The position numbers and the translations under genes are program-made. DNA of 64,000 nucleotides, taken from positions 2,752,001-2,816,000 of the forward strand of contig OY759316.1 of the NCBI GenBank assembly GCA_963662275.1, in the 5' to 3' direction. The notes under the pieces were generated by a model. That model was not told the DNA's origin. It did not search any database and saw only the letters and a program-made list of their open reading frames with translations. Positions 47,837 to 56,533 of the stretch are shown here, piece after piece; position 1 is the stretch's first letter; every line of letters begins with the position of its first letter. Source of the DNA: Candidatus Cloacimonadales bacterium. Lineage in GTDB: Bacteria; Cloacimonadota; Cloacimonadia; Cloacimonadales; DAONDQ01.

Positions 47837-49237
47837 TTATACTTGATGAATAGACAAGGAAAGAGTGTCTTCTATAGATTCACCTATTACTTCTGATAAT
47901 GTTGGATGTGCAAAGACAATTTCCATAACTTCATGATTAGATATTTTCTTTCCGATCAGAATTGCTCCCTGGGCAATCAATTCTGTTGCTGAAGGTCCGA
48001 TGATATGCATACCCACGAGAGTACCGTTCTGTTCATCAACAATCGTCTTTACAAATCCAAAGGAAGCTCCCAATCCAAGCGCTTTTCCATTTGCACTGAA
48101 TGGAAATTTTCCCACTTTCACTGTACTATATCTTTGAAGCGCTTCTTTTTCAGTCAAACCTACAGAAGCAATTTCCGGATTCGTGAAAGTACATCTCGGT
48201 ATATTTTCGTAATTTAAAGGTGCTATTGTTTCATCTTCACGAGCAAGTCTTCTGCGAATGATCTCTGCTGCTAACAGCCCTTGCTTGCTTGCCACATGTG
48301 CAAGTTGAAGTTTTCCAGTGATGTCCCCGATAGCGAAGATATTCGGTAAATTTGTTTCCATTTTATCATCGATCGTTATCCGACCCTTATCTTTAATCAA
48401 ATCCATTCCTGAGACTTCAATTGTGAAAGGTAAATCACGACCAACACTCACCAGCACTTTCTCTGCAATGATCTCTTTCCCATTAGAAGTATATAAATGG
48501 ATGCCGTCATCCATTTGTTGAAATTGTTCAACTCCTGCACCAGTGTTGATTTTCACCCCGGCTTTCTTGAATGCCATGGTCATCCTCTTTCCAACTTCAT
48601 CGTCTTCAGTTGTTAAAAGACTGGGTAAAAACTCGATAATTTCTACTTTTACACCGAATTGCATAAAGATGGAAGCAAACTCACAGCCAATAACCCCTCC
48701 CCCAATGATTGCCAGGCTCTGCGGTAAGGCTTGTAATGCCAGGATATCAGTTGAAGATAGAATCTTCTTACCATCAAATGGCATAAATGGCAATGACTTA
48801 GGGGTTGAACCGGTAGCAAGGATAACAAAATCAGCACTTACTTCAGTGCCTTCCAAGGTTGAGATTGCGTATTTATCTTCATTCTTGATGATTTTAATCA
48901 CAGTTTCTTTCAAAGTATCTATCTTTCTTTTCCTGAATATGAATTCAACACCACTGACAAGTTTCTCCACTATTTCATTCTTGCGGGAATTGACTTTTTC
49001 ATAGTCAAGAGACACATCATGAACCTGAATTCCAAATTGGTCTGCTTCGTGAATTTCACCATATAAATCAGCAACTTTCACAAGCGCTTTCGTAGGAATG
49101 CAACCCCAGTTAAGGCATACTCCACCTAAGCGATCTTTTTCAAAAACAACAGCATTGATCCCGTATTGGTTCAATCGAATGGCAGTAACATAACCACCCG
49201 GTCCACCACCAATAATAGCAACTTGATAATGCTTCAC
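47837..49237 (-). CDS. lpdA: Dihydrolipoyl dehydrogenase
   Basis: GGGPGGY, GGVCLNWGCIPTK, HPTLSE; GTG start overlaps the rpoN stop. Confidence 0.95.
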   Translation of the reverse strand: MKHYQVAIIGGGPGGYVTAIRLNQYGINAVVFEKDRLGGVCLNWGCIPTKALVKVADLYGEIHEADQFGIQVHDVSLDYEKVNSRKNEIVEKLVSGVEFIFRKRKIDTLKETVIKIIKNEDKYAISTLEGTEVSADFVILATGSTPKSLPFMPFDGKKILSSTDILALQALPQSLAIIGGGVIGCEFASIFMQFGVKVEIIEFLPSLLTTEDDEVGKRMTMAFKKAGVKINTGAGVEQFQQMDDGIHLYTSNGKEIIAEKVLVSVGRDLPFTIEVSGMDLIKDKGRITIDDKMETNLPNIFAIGDITGKLQLAHVASKQGLLAAEIIRRRLAREDETIAPLNYENIPRCTFTNPEIASVGLTEKEALQRYSTVKVGKFPFSANGKALGLGASFGFVKTIVDEQNGTLVGMHIIGPSATELIAQGAILIGKKISNHEVMEIVFAHPTLSEVIGESIEDTLSLSIHQV

Positions 49238-50694
49238 TGGATTCTCCTCAATCGACTATTCAAAACACCCATTTCATCTCGATATTTAGCCACGATACGC
49301 CTGGATATATTCAATCCATCATCCTTAAGCATATCAACAAGTTCCTTATCACTGATAGGGTTTGATTTGTCTTCCACATCAATATACTTATGAATGAGAG
49401 ATTTCACTCTTTGCCGTGAAACAGATTCATAATTATCATCTCTTCCGGCAGTTGAGCTGAAGAAATTCTTTAGGGGAATAACTCCAAATGGTGTATCTGC
49501 ATATTTATGCCTGACAACACGAGAGATTGTAGATTCACTGACATCCAAGTCCTGTGCAATAAAAGAATATGTTAACGGCACCAATACTCCCGATGATCTA
49601 TAAAAGAAATCATGTTGATGCTTAATGATAGATTGCGTGACCCTTTCCAAAGTCCGCATACGCATATACATGGATTTGATGAGGAACTTGGCAGAATTTA
49701 TTTTCTCTCTAACAAATTGAATCGTTTCCCGATCATACTGCTTTCGATTGATCATCTTCTTGTAGCGCGGATTCAGAATGATATTTGGCGTAAGAGAATC
49801 ATTCACAATCACTTCAAAATCATCATCGATTTCCTTGATGATCACGTCAGGAATGATGTAGTTTTCGGAAGCAGTACCAATTCGCAATCCAGGTTTGGGA
49901 TCCAGTTTCGCAATTTGATTTCTGCAATTCAGTACTTGTTCTTCATTGATACCTTGATTGGATGCAATCCTCTGATAACGTCGATGTATCAGATTTTCAA
50001 ATTCATAGGTTATGATATTCACTAATTTATCATTCATAAGTTGCTCTTCATTCAATTGCACTAATAAACATTCCTGGATATTTTGTGCTGTGATACCAGA
50101 TGGATCAAGATGAAGAATGATCTGGTGAATTTCAAGTGCTCTCTCAGGCAAAATATCATAATCTGAGGCACTCTCAATAACACTATATCCCTCTGGAAGA
50201 AATCCATGTTGGTTAACGCTGTCAAGCAAATCTGTAGCATAATCGAGTTCATCATCTGTCAGATGAAGTGAATAAAGTTGCTGTAAAAAAACCACTTTCC
50301 CTTCAACAATGTAGGGCATATACATTTCAGGTCCCATCTCATCACTATCAGTACTTCTTGATGAAATCTCATGATGATAATCATTCCAGTTATCGAGAAT
50401 TTCGCTGAGTTCTTTTACTTCCTCGACATTCTTGGACATATCATTTTCTACATCATCTTCAATATCTGTTTCACTTTCTTTGGATGTTTCCGGTTCCACT
50501 TCACTGATATCATCTTCACTATCCCGATCTTCACGCATTTCCAACAGCGGATTTGTAATCAGCTCCTGTTTCAGATGTTGTTCTAACTCCATAATAGGCA
50601 TAGCTAGCATTTGCAGAGATTGAAGCATTTTAGGCTTCAGTTCCTGCTTCATCTTCAACCCCTGGTAGAGATTTAAAGAATGATAATTAGCCAT
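49234..50694 (-). CDS. rpoN: RNA polymerase sigma-54 factor
   Basis: NPLLE, LDPKPG, SESTISR and RpoN box SRRIVAKYR. Confidence 0.95.
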   Translation of the reverse strand: MANYHSLNLYQGLKMKQELKPKMLQSLQMLAMPIMELEQHLKQELITNPLLEMREDRDSEDDISEVEPETSKESETDIEDDVENDMSKNVEEVKELSEILDNWNDYHHEISSRSTDSDEMGPEMYMPYIVEGKVVFLQQLYSLHLTDDELDYATDLLDSVNQHGFLPEGYSVIESASDYDILPERALEIHQIILHLDPSGITAQNIQECLLVQLNEEQLMNDKLVNIITYEFENLIHRRYQRIASNQGINEEQVLNCRNQIAKLDPKPGLRIGTASENYIIPDVIIKEIDDDFEVIVNDSLTPNIILNPRYKKMINRKQYDRETIQFVREKINSAKFLIKSMYMRMRTLERVTQSIIKHQHDFFYRSSGVLVPLTYSFIAQDLDVSESTISRVVRHKYADTPFGVIPLKNFFSSTAGRDDNYESVSRQRVKSLIHKYIDVEDKSNPISDKELVDMLKDDGLNISRRIVAKYRDEMGVLNSRLRRIQ

Positions 50695-51442
50695 TATGTT
50701 CTTTTTCCCATGGATTACTCATAAAACTATTACCCAGATACACTTTACGTGCCTGTTCGTTATTCACTAATTCCTCTGTTGGTCCGGATACAATAATCTG
50801 TCCTTCAAATATAATATAAGCCCTATCCACTATTTTCATTGTTTCGAGTACATTATGATCGGTGATCATAATACCAATCTTCTTTGCTTTTAATTTATGT
50901 ATGATATCCTGGATGTCCGCAACTGCGATGGGATCCACACCGGCAAAAGGTTCATCCATAAACAGGAAAGATGGATTTGTGACAAGGGAACGAGTGATTT
51001 CCAATTTACGTCTCTCTCCCCCAGATAATGTATAAGCCTTTTGGTCGGCTAATTTAGTAAGATTTAGTTCTTCCAGGTACTCTTCCAGTTTATGAATTCG
51101 TTCTTTTTTGGGTAGCCCAAGAGTTTCCAGGATCGCCATGATATTTTCTGCAACTGTCATTTTATGAAAAATTGAGGGCGCTTGCGCCAAGTAACCAATA
51201 CCTAGTTGTGCCCTTTTATACATAGGTTTACGGGTAATATCAACATCATTGAAAAAAACTTTTCCAGCATTTGGCTTCGTTAATCCTAAAATCATATAAA
51301 AGGTTGTAGTCTTACCGGCACCGTTCGGTCCTAAGATGCCAACAACCTCACCTTGTTTGATATCAAGACTGAGTTTATTCACGACTTTGCGTTTACCGTA
51401 AATTTTTATTAATTCACGTGCTTCTATTTTATTCTGATCCAT
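50687..51442 (-). CDS. lptB: LPS export ABC transporter ATPase
   Basis: GPNGAGKTTTFY, LSGGERR, DEPFAGVDPIAV, ITDHNV. Confidence 0.95.
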   Translation of the reverse strand: MDQNKIEARELIKIYGKRKVVNKLSLDIKQGEVVGILGPNGAGKTTTFYMILGLTKPNAGKVFFNDVDITRKPMYKRAQLGIGYLAQAPSIFHKMTVAENIMAILETLGLPKKERIHKLEEYLEELNLTKLADQKAYTLSGGERRKLEITRSLVTNPSFLFMDEPFAGVDPIAVADIQDIIHKLKAKKIGIMITDHNVLETMKIVDRAYIIFEGQIIVSGPTEELVNNEQARKVYLGNSFMSNPWEKEHNG

Positions 51443-51472
51443 AACTAGATTTTACCTTATATAGCGTATTTG

Positions 51473-52600
51473 TCAAGTTTTGTTATTTTGAAATTTGTAT
51501 TTGCCTTTGATTTTTTTATGCATTTTCATTAGTTGTACTTTATTATCAGGTTTAAATAATATCGTTAGCTGCATTCCAGTTGCTTCATTATTCGCATAAT
51601 CCTGCTTATCCGTTTTTTCCTGTTCAAAATGATATGACACGTTCTCTTCTGCATCAAATCGTTTGATTTCCCGATTCTCGAAAGTCATTTTGATATAATT
51701 GGCTTTACACCAATTTGTCGGTGCTTTTCCTTCTATTTCTGAAAAATGCACAATACAGGAGTCCTGTAATTCTGCCCTGGTTAATTCCCGTTTATCAAAA
51801 TATAAGTAAAAATTGACTGCTTCCGCATCGCCAAAAGTAGAATACAGCTTGGGACTGCCTGAAAAGACTGCCTTATTCTCATGATTCAGATAAATCAGGA
51901 AATCACTGGTCGTATGATAATCGGTGGTACTCGTTCTAACATTGAATGTAGCTATTAGCTTCGAAAACTGACGGAAATACTCCATCTTATCTGCAGTTAT
52001 CCGAATTGAATCTTCACCTGTTACATAGACGACAGGATTTTTGATCAAATAGCCATAGCCATCTTTTTCCTGGTACATGAAATACCCGCAGCTACCATTC
52101 ATGTTTTCCTTTTGATCATAAAAGGATACTTGATCCCAACAAATGAGTTTCTTTTCCTGGGGATGATATTCAGCCTGATTTGATCTGAAGGTTCGGATAC
52201 TCTTATCCCGATGGGTTTCTTTGGCATATACGTGGCTGCCTAAGTTCATTTTATCCTGCATTCTATAATACATGACCGTATCTGCTTCAAGATAGAGTGT
52301 ATCACGTTTGACTTTTACACTCCCTTCCATGCGGGCAATTTTCTGTTTTTCCCAAAGTATCGAACGATCTGTCCAGAATTCTGCTTCTCCATAAAAGAAA
52401 TGAACGTTCCCTAAAAGTTCAGTAACATATTCATTATTTATTTTATTAAGAAATAGATGATCAGCATTGATTAACTGATAACTCTTATCTTGTGTTGTTT
52501 GAGGCTCAGCTTTAGTTTTTGGTGATGGTGATTGATTTGGAACAGAAAGCAGCAATCCCAGGCTGAAAAGGAATAGGCTACCAATTAATATCTTTTTCAT
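51473..52600 (-). CDS. LptA/OstA-like LPS transport protein
   Basis: Signal peptide, beta-jellyroll repeats, position between lptC and lptB. Confidence 0.7.
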   Translation of the reverse strand: MKKILIGSLFLFSLGLLLSVPNQSPSPKTKAEPQTTQDKSYQLINADHLFLNKINNEYVTELLGNVHFFYGEAEFWTDRSILWEKQKIARMEGSVKVKRDTLYLEADTVMYYRMQDKMNLGSHVYAKETHRDKSIRTFRSNQAEYHPQEKKLICWDQVSFYDQKENMNGSCGYFMYQEKDGYGYLIKNPVVYVTGEDSIRITADKMEYFRQFSKLIATFNVRTSTTDYHTTSDFLIYLNHENKAVFSGSPKLYSTFGDAEAVNFYLYFDKRELTRAELQDSCIVHFSEIEGKAPTNWCKANYIKMTFENREIKRFDAEENVSYHFEQEKTDKQDYANNEATGMQLTILFKPDNKVQLMKMHKKIKGKYKFQNNKT

Positions 52601-53180
52601 TCGCTGTTCCTGCTGCGGTTACCTGTTTCATTTCTGCAAAATTGAGATTACTATCTGTTCTCAAAGATATGCCTTGAAGAACATTCCCGTTTCTGATCAA
52701 TGTCACTGCACCAGGTGCTATGATTTCATCAAAGGATCTCTCCCATGAGAGAATTTCTGTTTGCAGGATACCATTGGGAGTGACTAATTTTACATGTCCT
52801 GTAGCGACAATACGATTCTCAATATCATTTACGTTTGCTCTGTTTGCGGTGATTGTGGAATGAACTTTACCTGATTTATCATAAGTCACGATATTTACAT
52901 CAAAAGCTAATAAGTTTTGTTTATCATAATACCGATCAATGCGTGATGCATCCAGGACATAATCAATTGAATCCTTCTTCATGGAGACAATATGAACAAA
53001 ACTGGATTGTTCATCTGGATAATTTGGATTAATCTGATCTTTCGACGGTTCCGTTGCCTTGCGACACCCGGTTAAACCCAGTAGTGATATTAGTAGTAAT
53101 ACTTCAAGAAGACTGAAGATTTGCCAGAAAATTCTTGAGAGCAATATCATATAATCCTTTTTGTGTAAGTACGTATTCAA
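52578..53180 (-). CDS. lptC: LPS export protein LptC (start uncertain, probably later)
   Basis: ITANRA...ATGHV...LQTEILSW LptC-like motifs; synteny with kdsC and lptB. Confidence 0.75.
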   Translation of the reverse strand: MNTYLHKKDYMILLSRIFWQIFSLLEVLLLISLLGLTGCRKATEPSKDQINPNYPDEQSSFVHIVSMKKDSIDYVLDASRIDRYYDKQNLLAFDVNIVTYDKSGKVHSTITANRANVNDIENRIVATGHVKLVTPNGILQTEILSWERSFDEIIAPGAVTLIRNGNVLQGISLRTDSNLNFAEMKQVTAAGTANEKDINW

Positions 53181-53637
53181 TCATTTCTCTCACTGCTCCA
53201 TCTCCTCCTCGATGAGTGGAAACGAAATTCACTATCTGTTTAATTTGTTCGACCGCATTAGATGGACAAGCAGAGAATTCCACCACCTGCAAGAGAGGTA
53301 CATCATTCCAGTCATCACCCATATAGGCAACATTCTTCATTTTCAGATGAAGCTCTTTCAAGAGGAGTTCCATCTGCTGTATTTTATTGGTTACACCCTG
53401 GAAAAGATACTTGATATGCAATTCTTCACACCTTCTTTCCAACGCAGCAGAATTACGACCCGATATCACGACAGGAATGATATCTGTCATTTTCAGTAAT
53501 TGAAAGCCCAATCCATCAAGAGTACTGAATTGCTTGCTTTCTAAACGGTTCTGGTCAATCGTGATCTTGCCATCCGTCAGTACACCATCACAATCAAACG
53601 CTAGGACTTGTATATTATCAAAGTGAATAAAACTCAT
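53104..53637 (-). CDS. kdsC: KDO 8-phosphate phosphatase (HAD)
   Basis: FDCDGVLTDG, ISGR, YMGDDWND, GGDGAVRE. Confidence 0.92.
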   Translation of the reverse strand: MSFIHFDNIQVLAFDCDGVLTDGKITIDQNRLESKQFSTLDGLGFQLLKMTDIIPVVISGRNSAALERRCEELHIKYLFQGVTNKIQQMELLLKELHLKMKNVAYMGDDWNDVPLLQVVEFSACPSNAVEQIKQIVNFVSTHRGGDGAVREMIEYVLTQKGLYDIALKNFLANLQSS

Positions 53638-53676
53638 GTACATTCCTTCCTGGAACTATTCAATCAATCTGATCAC

Positions 53677-54468
53677 TTAAAACAGAGTTAAGCAATAATC
53701 TAGTATCTCGGGAATTTTATCGAGTGAGACCATACTGGCAGAATCACTCAAGGCTTCATGGGGACGAGGATGTGTTTCTAGAAAAAGACCATGCACTTTT
53801 CCGGTTGCTAAAGCTGCCCGTGCCATCATTCCTGCATATTCAGGAGTACCTCCCGATACATTATGAATGGAAGGACGCTGCATACTATGAGTCACATCGT
53901 AAACCACAGGATACCCAAAATCATGCAAAATCGCGAAGCTTCGGAAATCTACCACAAGATTATGATAACCAAAAGTCGTCCCACGTTCTGTCAGCATCAC
54001 TTGATAATTGTTCATTGCAGTCACTTTCCGTGCAGCTAGTTCCATATCTTCAGGAGCCATAAACTGACCCTTTTTGATATTAACGATTTTTTTTGTCTGG
54101 GCTGCTGCATGAATAAGGTTTGTCTGCCTGGATAAAAAAGCAGGAATCTGCAAAATGTCAGCTACCGAAGCAGCTTCTTCCACTTCATTGGTTTCATGGA
54201 CATCGGTGATGATGGGAATATGATAAGTATCCTTGATCTTTCCTAGTATCTTCAGACCTTGTTTATATCCCGGACCTGAATAGGATGTTTCAGAAGTCCG
54301 GTTAGCTTTCTGATAGGATGATTTGAAAATGAGAAACAAGTTCCTTTCCTGGCAAGACTTGACGAGAAACTCTGCCGTTTCCATCATCAATGCTTCATCT
54401 TCAACAACACATGGACCTGCAATTAAAAAGAATGGTTTTGGATGCTGTAGGAGATTATATAATTCCAT
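53677..54468 (-). CDS. kdsA: KDO 8-phosphate synthase
   Basis: IAGPCVVE, KANRTS, QIPAFLSRQT, KKGQF, ERGTTFGY. Confidence 0.95.
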   Translation of the reverse strand: MELYNLLQHPKPFFLIAGPCVVEDEALMMETAEFLVKSCQERNLFLIFKSSYQKANRTSETSYSGPGYKQGLKILGKIKDTYHIPIITDVHETNEVEEAASVADILQIPAFLSRQTNLIHAAAQTKKIVNIKKGQFMAPEDMELAARKVTAMNNYQVMLTERGTTFGYHNLVVDFRSFAILHDFGYPVVYDVTHSMQRPSIHNVSGGTPEYAGMMARAALATGKVHGLFLETHPRPHEALSDSASMVSLDKIPEILDYCLTLF

Positions 54469-54483
54469 AATACCTCATCTATT

Positions 54484-54557
54484 ATAGAGACTCTCTACAA
54501 GAGCGTCTCCGATCAATATCCGATTTCCAGGGAGACGCCCAAATTGGTCGTCTCTAC
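54484..54557. repeat. Inverted doublet of GTAG-type REPs
   Basis: ATAGAGACTCT...AGAGCGTCTCC and the inverted GGAGACGCCC...GGTCGTCTCTAC. Confidence 0.65.
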
Positions 54558-54570
54558 TTACGTATTTGAA

Positions 54571-55755
54571 TTACACTAATATTTTAATCTTTTCCCAGGA
54601 AAAATCAACATCAGTTCTGCCAAAATGACCATAAGATGAAGTATAATTATAAATCGGTTTCCGTAAGTCAAGATATTCAATGATTCCTTTCACTGAAAGA
54701 TCAAAATTCTTATGAATCCTTTCTTCGATGTCACTTTCTGGTATCTGATTTGTACCAAATGTATCCACCATCACGGCAATAGGTTGGTGTTGTCCAATAA
54801 CAAAGCTCAACTGGATTTCACATTCACTGGCTAAACCTGTAGCGACAACACTCTTGGCAATATGTCGTGCCATATAACAAGCGCTGCGATCCACTTTTGT
54901 ACAATCTTTCCCGGAAAAAGCACCTCCACCATGACGTGCCCAGCCACCATAGGAATCAACAATGATCTTTCTGCCGGTCAAGCCGGTATCAGCAGACGGT
55001 CCGCCATTTTCCCACATACCAAGGGGATTGATCATCGTATCCATGTTGTCATACATGAAATTATATTTTGCTATCTTTTTTACTTCCTTGATAGATGGTA
55101 TCACAACAAGATCATAGATGTTCTTCTTCATTACTTCGAAACCAGCTTGATTTAAAGGCTGATGCTGTGTGGAAATGACAACATTCATCAATTCCACTGG
55201 TTCCCGTTCAATAAAACGAAAGGTGCATTGAGATTTTGCATCCGGTAGCAATTCAGGAATCAACCCGGCTTTCCGTACTGAAGAAAGATTCTGAACCAGT
55301 AAGTGAGCCAGGACAATTGGAATAGGCATGAGTTGTGTCGTCTGGTCACAAGCATAGCCAAACATCAGTCCCTGGTCACCAGCCCCTGGATTATCTGTTG
55401 AAGAATTATCACGTAATGCATCTTCCTGTTCATGTAGCAGGTTTAGGATTTCACATTTATCATCAAATCCTTTTCCCGCATAAACATATCCGATCTCACG
55501 AATGGCATTGCGGGCTATTTCATTGATCCTGTCTTTCTCAATTGTTGCTTTTGAAGTTATTTCTCCCGAAAGTATAAGACGATCTGTTGTCGTCAGGCAT
55601 TCGCAGGCTACACGTGAATGAGGATCTAAGGCTACATAGGCATCCAGGATACTATCGGATATCATATCACATACTTTATCAGGATGACCTTCCGAAACTG
55701 ATTCCGAAGTAAAAAGGAATTCCAGTTTCGCTTCATCTTCATGATGTTTAACCAT
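54571..55755 (-). CDS. metK: S-adenosylmethionine synthetase
   Basis: FTSESVSEGHPDK, GAGDQG, GLTGRKII, GGGAFSGKD. Confidence 0.97.
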   Translation of the reverse strand: MVKHHEDEAKLEFLFTSESVSEGHPDKVCDMISDSILDAYVALDPHSRVACECLTTTDRLILSGEITSKATIEKDRINEIARNAIREIGYVYAGKGFDDKCEILNLLHEQEDALRDNSSTDNPGAGDQGLMFGYACDQTTQLMPIPIVLAHLLVQNLSSVRKAGLIPELLPDAKSQCTFRFIEREPVELMNVVISTQHQPLNQAGFEVMKKNIYDLVVIPSIKEVKKIAKYNFMYDNMDTMINPLGMWENGGPSADTGLTGRKIIVDSYGGWARHGGGAFSGKDCTKVDRSACYMARHIAKSVVATGLASECEIQLSFVIGQHQPIAVMVDTFGTNQIPESDIEERIHKNFDLSVKGIIEYLDLRKPIYNYTSSYGHFGRTDVDFSWEKIKILV

Positions 55756-55782
55756 TTTATATCTCCTTTAGGATTTTTTTAC

Positions 55783-55824
55783 AAAAAAAGACGGCTTTAA
55801 TACATCCGCTGTACTAAAGCCGTC
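55783..55824 (-). terminator. Leader terminator upstream of metK (riboswitch expression platform)
   Basis: Minus strand GACGGCTTTAGTAC...GTATTAAAGCCGTC-TTTTTTT between the aptamer and the metK RBS. Confidence 0.85.
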
Positions 55825-55842
55825 CAAATTATCTGGATAAGG

Positions 55843-55885
55843 TTTAGCACATTTATAACGCGGAGCAAGCTGTCAAATCACCGCT
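55843..55885 (-). promoter_or_regulatory. SAM-II class riboswitch aptamer
   Basis: AGCGG-TGATTT-GACAGC-TTGC-TCCGC-GTTAT-AAATGT-GCTAAA matches the SAM-II UGAUUU/UUGC/AAAU..GCUAAA signature; lies upstream of metK. Confidence 0.85.
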
Positions 55886-55936
55886 TATGATTATAATTTC
55901 ATTCTTCCATTCCTGGAAAACACAATATTTAAAAAA

Positions 55937-56012
55937 TGGTACATCCGCGGGGATTCGAACCCCAGACCCACTGATTAAGAGTCAGTTGCTCTACCAGCTG
56001 AGCTACGGATGC
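55937..56012 (-). tRNA. tRNA-Lys (CTT)
   Basis: 76 nt GCATCCG...TAGCTCAGCTGGTAGAGCA-ACTGA-CTCTTAA-TCAGT...GGTTCGAATCC...CGGATGT-A-CCA; CCA is encoded. Confidence 0.97.
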
Positions 56013-56103
56013 ACACTATCTGTATGTTAAGAAATTTGAGTCCGTAACAATGTCAAATGAATTTTTAATTATTCCACTAACACCTAACCCCATTTCCTGT
56101 TCC

Positions 56104-56202
56104 GCTGTACGCTGTACCTTGTATACTCTTCTTTTCTCTTCTCTTCTCTTCTCTTCCCTGCCCGCTGTACCCTGTACCCTGTACCCTGTACGCTGTACGC
56201 TA
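56104..56202. repeat. Heptamer (SCTGTAC)n arrays around a (CTCTT)n tract
   Basis: GCTGTAC/CCTGTAC units at 56104-56118 and 56164-56202; pyrimidine pentamers between them. Confidence 0.85.
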
Positions 56203-56357
56203 TATATATGATGTTTGGCAAAATCATCGAGAAAAAACTGAAAGAAAAGGAAATGACTGAAGTTCATGAGGAACCAACGGACTAAGACTCGCGATTAGAA
56301 ATTCAGTACAGGATTAATTACTTTAATGACTCGGTTCAAGATGCACAATGTAGGGAT

Positions 56358-56452
56358 GTAGGGGCTTGCGGAAGTAAGCCCATCTTCGTAGAGTAGGACG
56401 CCGTTCCTGCTTTTACTTGAAGATAGAAACGCACGGGGTGCGTTTTACCACC
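56358..56452 (+). repeat. GTAG-type REP pair homologous to 2534-2630
   Basis: GTAGGGGCKTGCGGMAGTAMGCCCATCTT ... AGATAGMAACGCACGGGGTGCG..CCACC at both loci. Confidence 0.8.
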
Positions 56453-56533
56453 TCACAGAGTGAGGTGTTCCGCTCTGGTAAAGCAAGACGCCGATCTAGC
56501 TATTTGTTCTGCCAATCTTTTTCAATTTCTACA

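Noticed and set aside
55937..56012. tRNA-Lys as an island integration site
   Set aside because: No integrase and no duplicated tRNA 3' end seen; the metK leader follows directly.
56016..56267. 83-aa ORF upstream of the tRNA
   Set aside because: It is a translation of heptamer and pentamer repeats.
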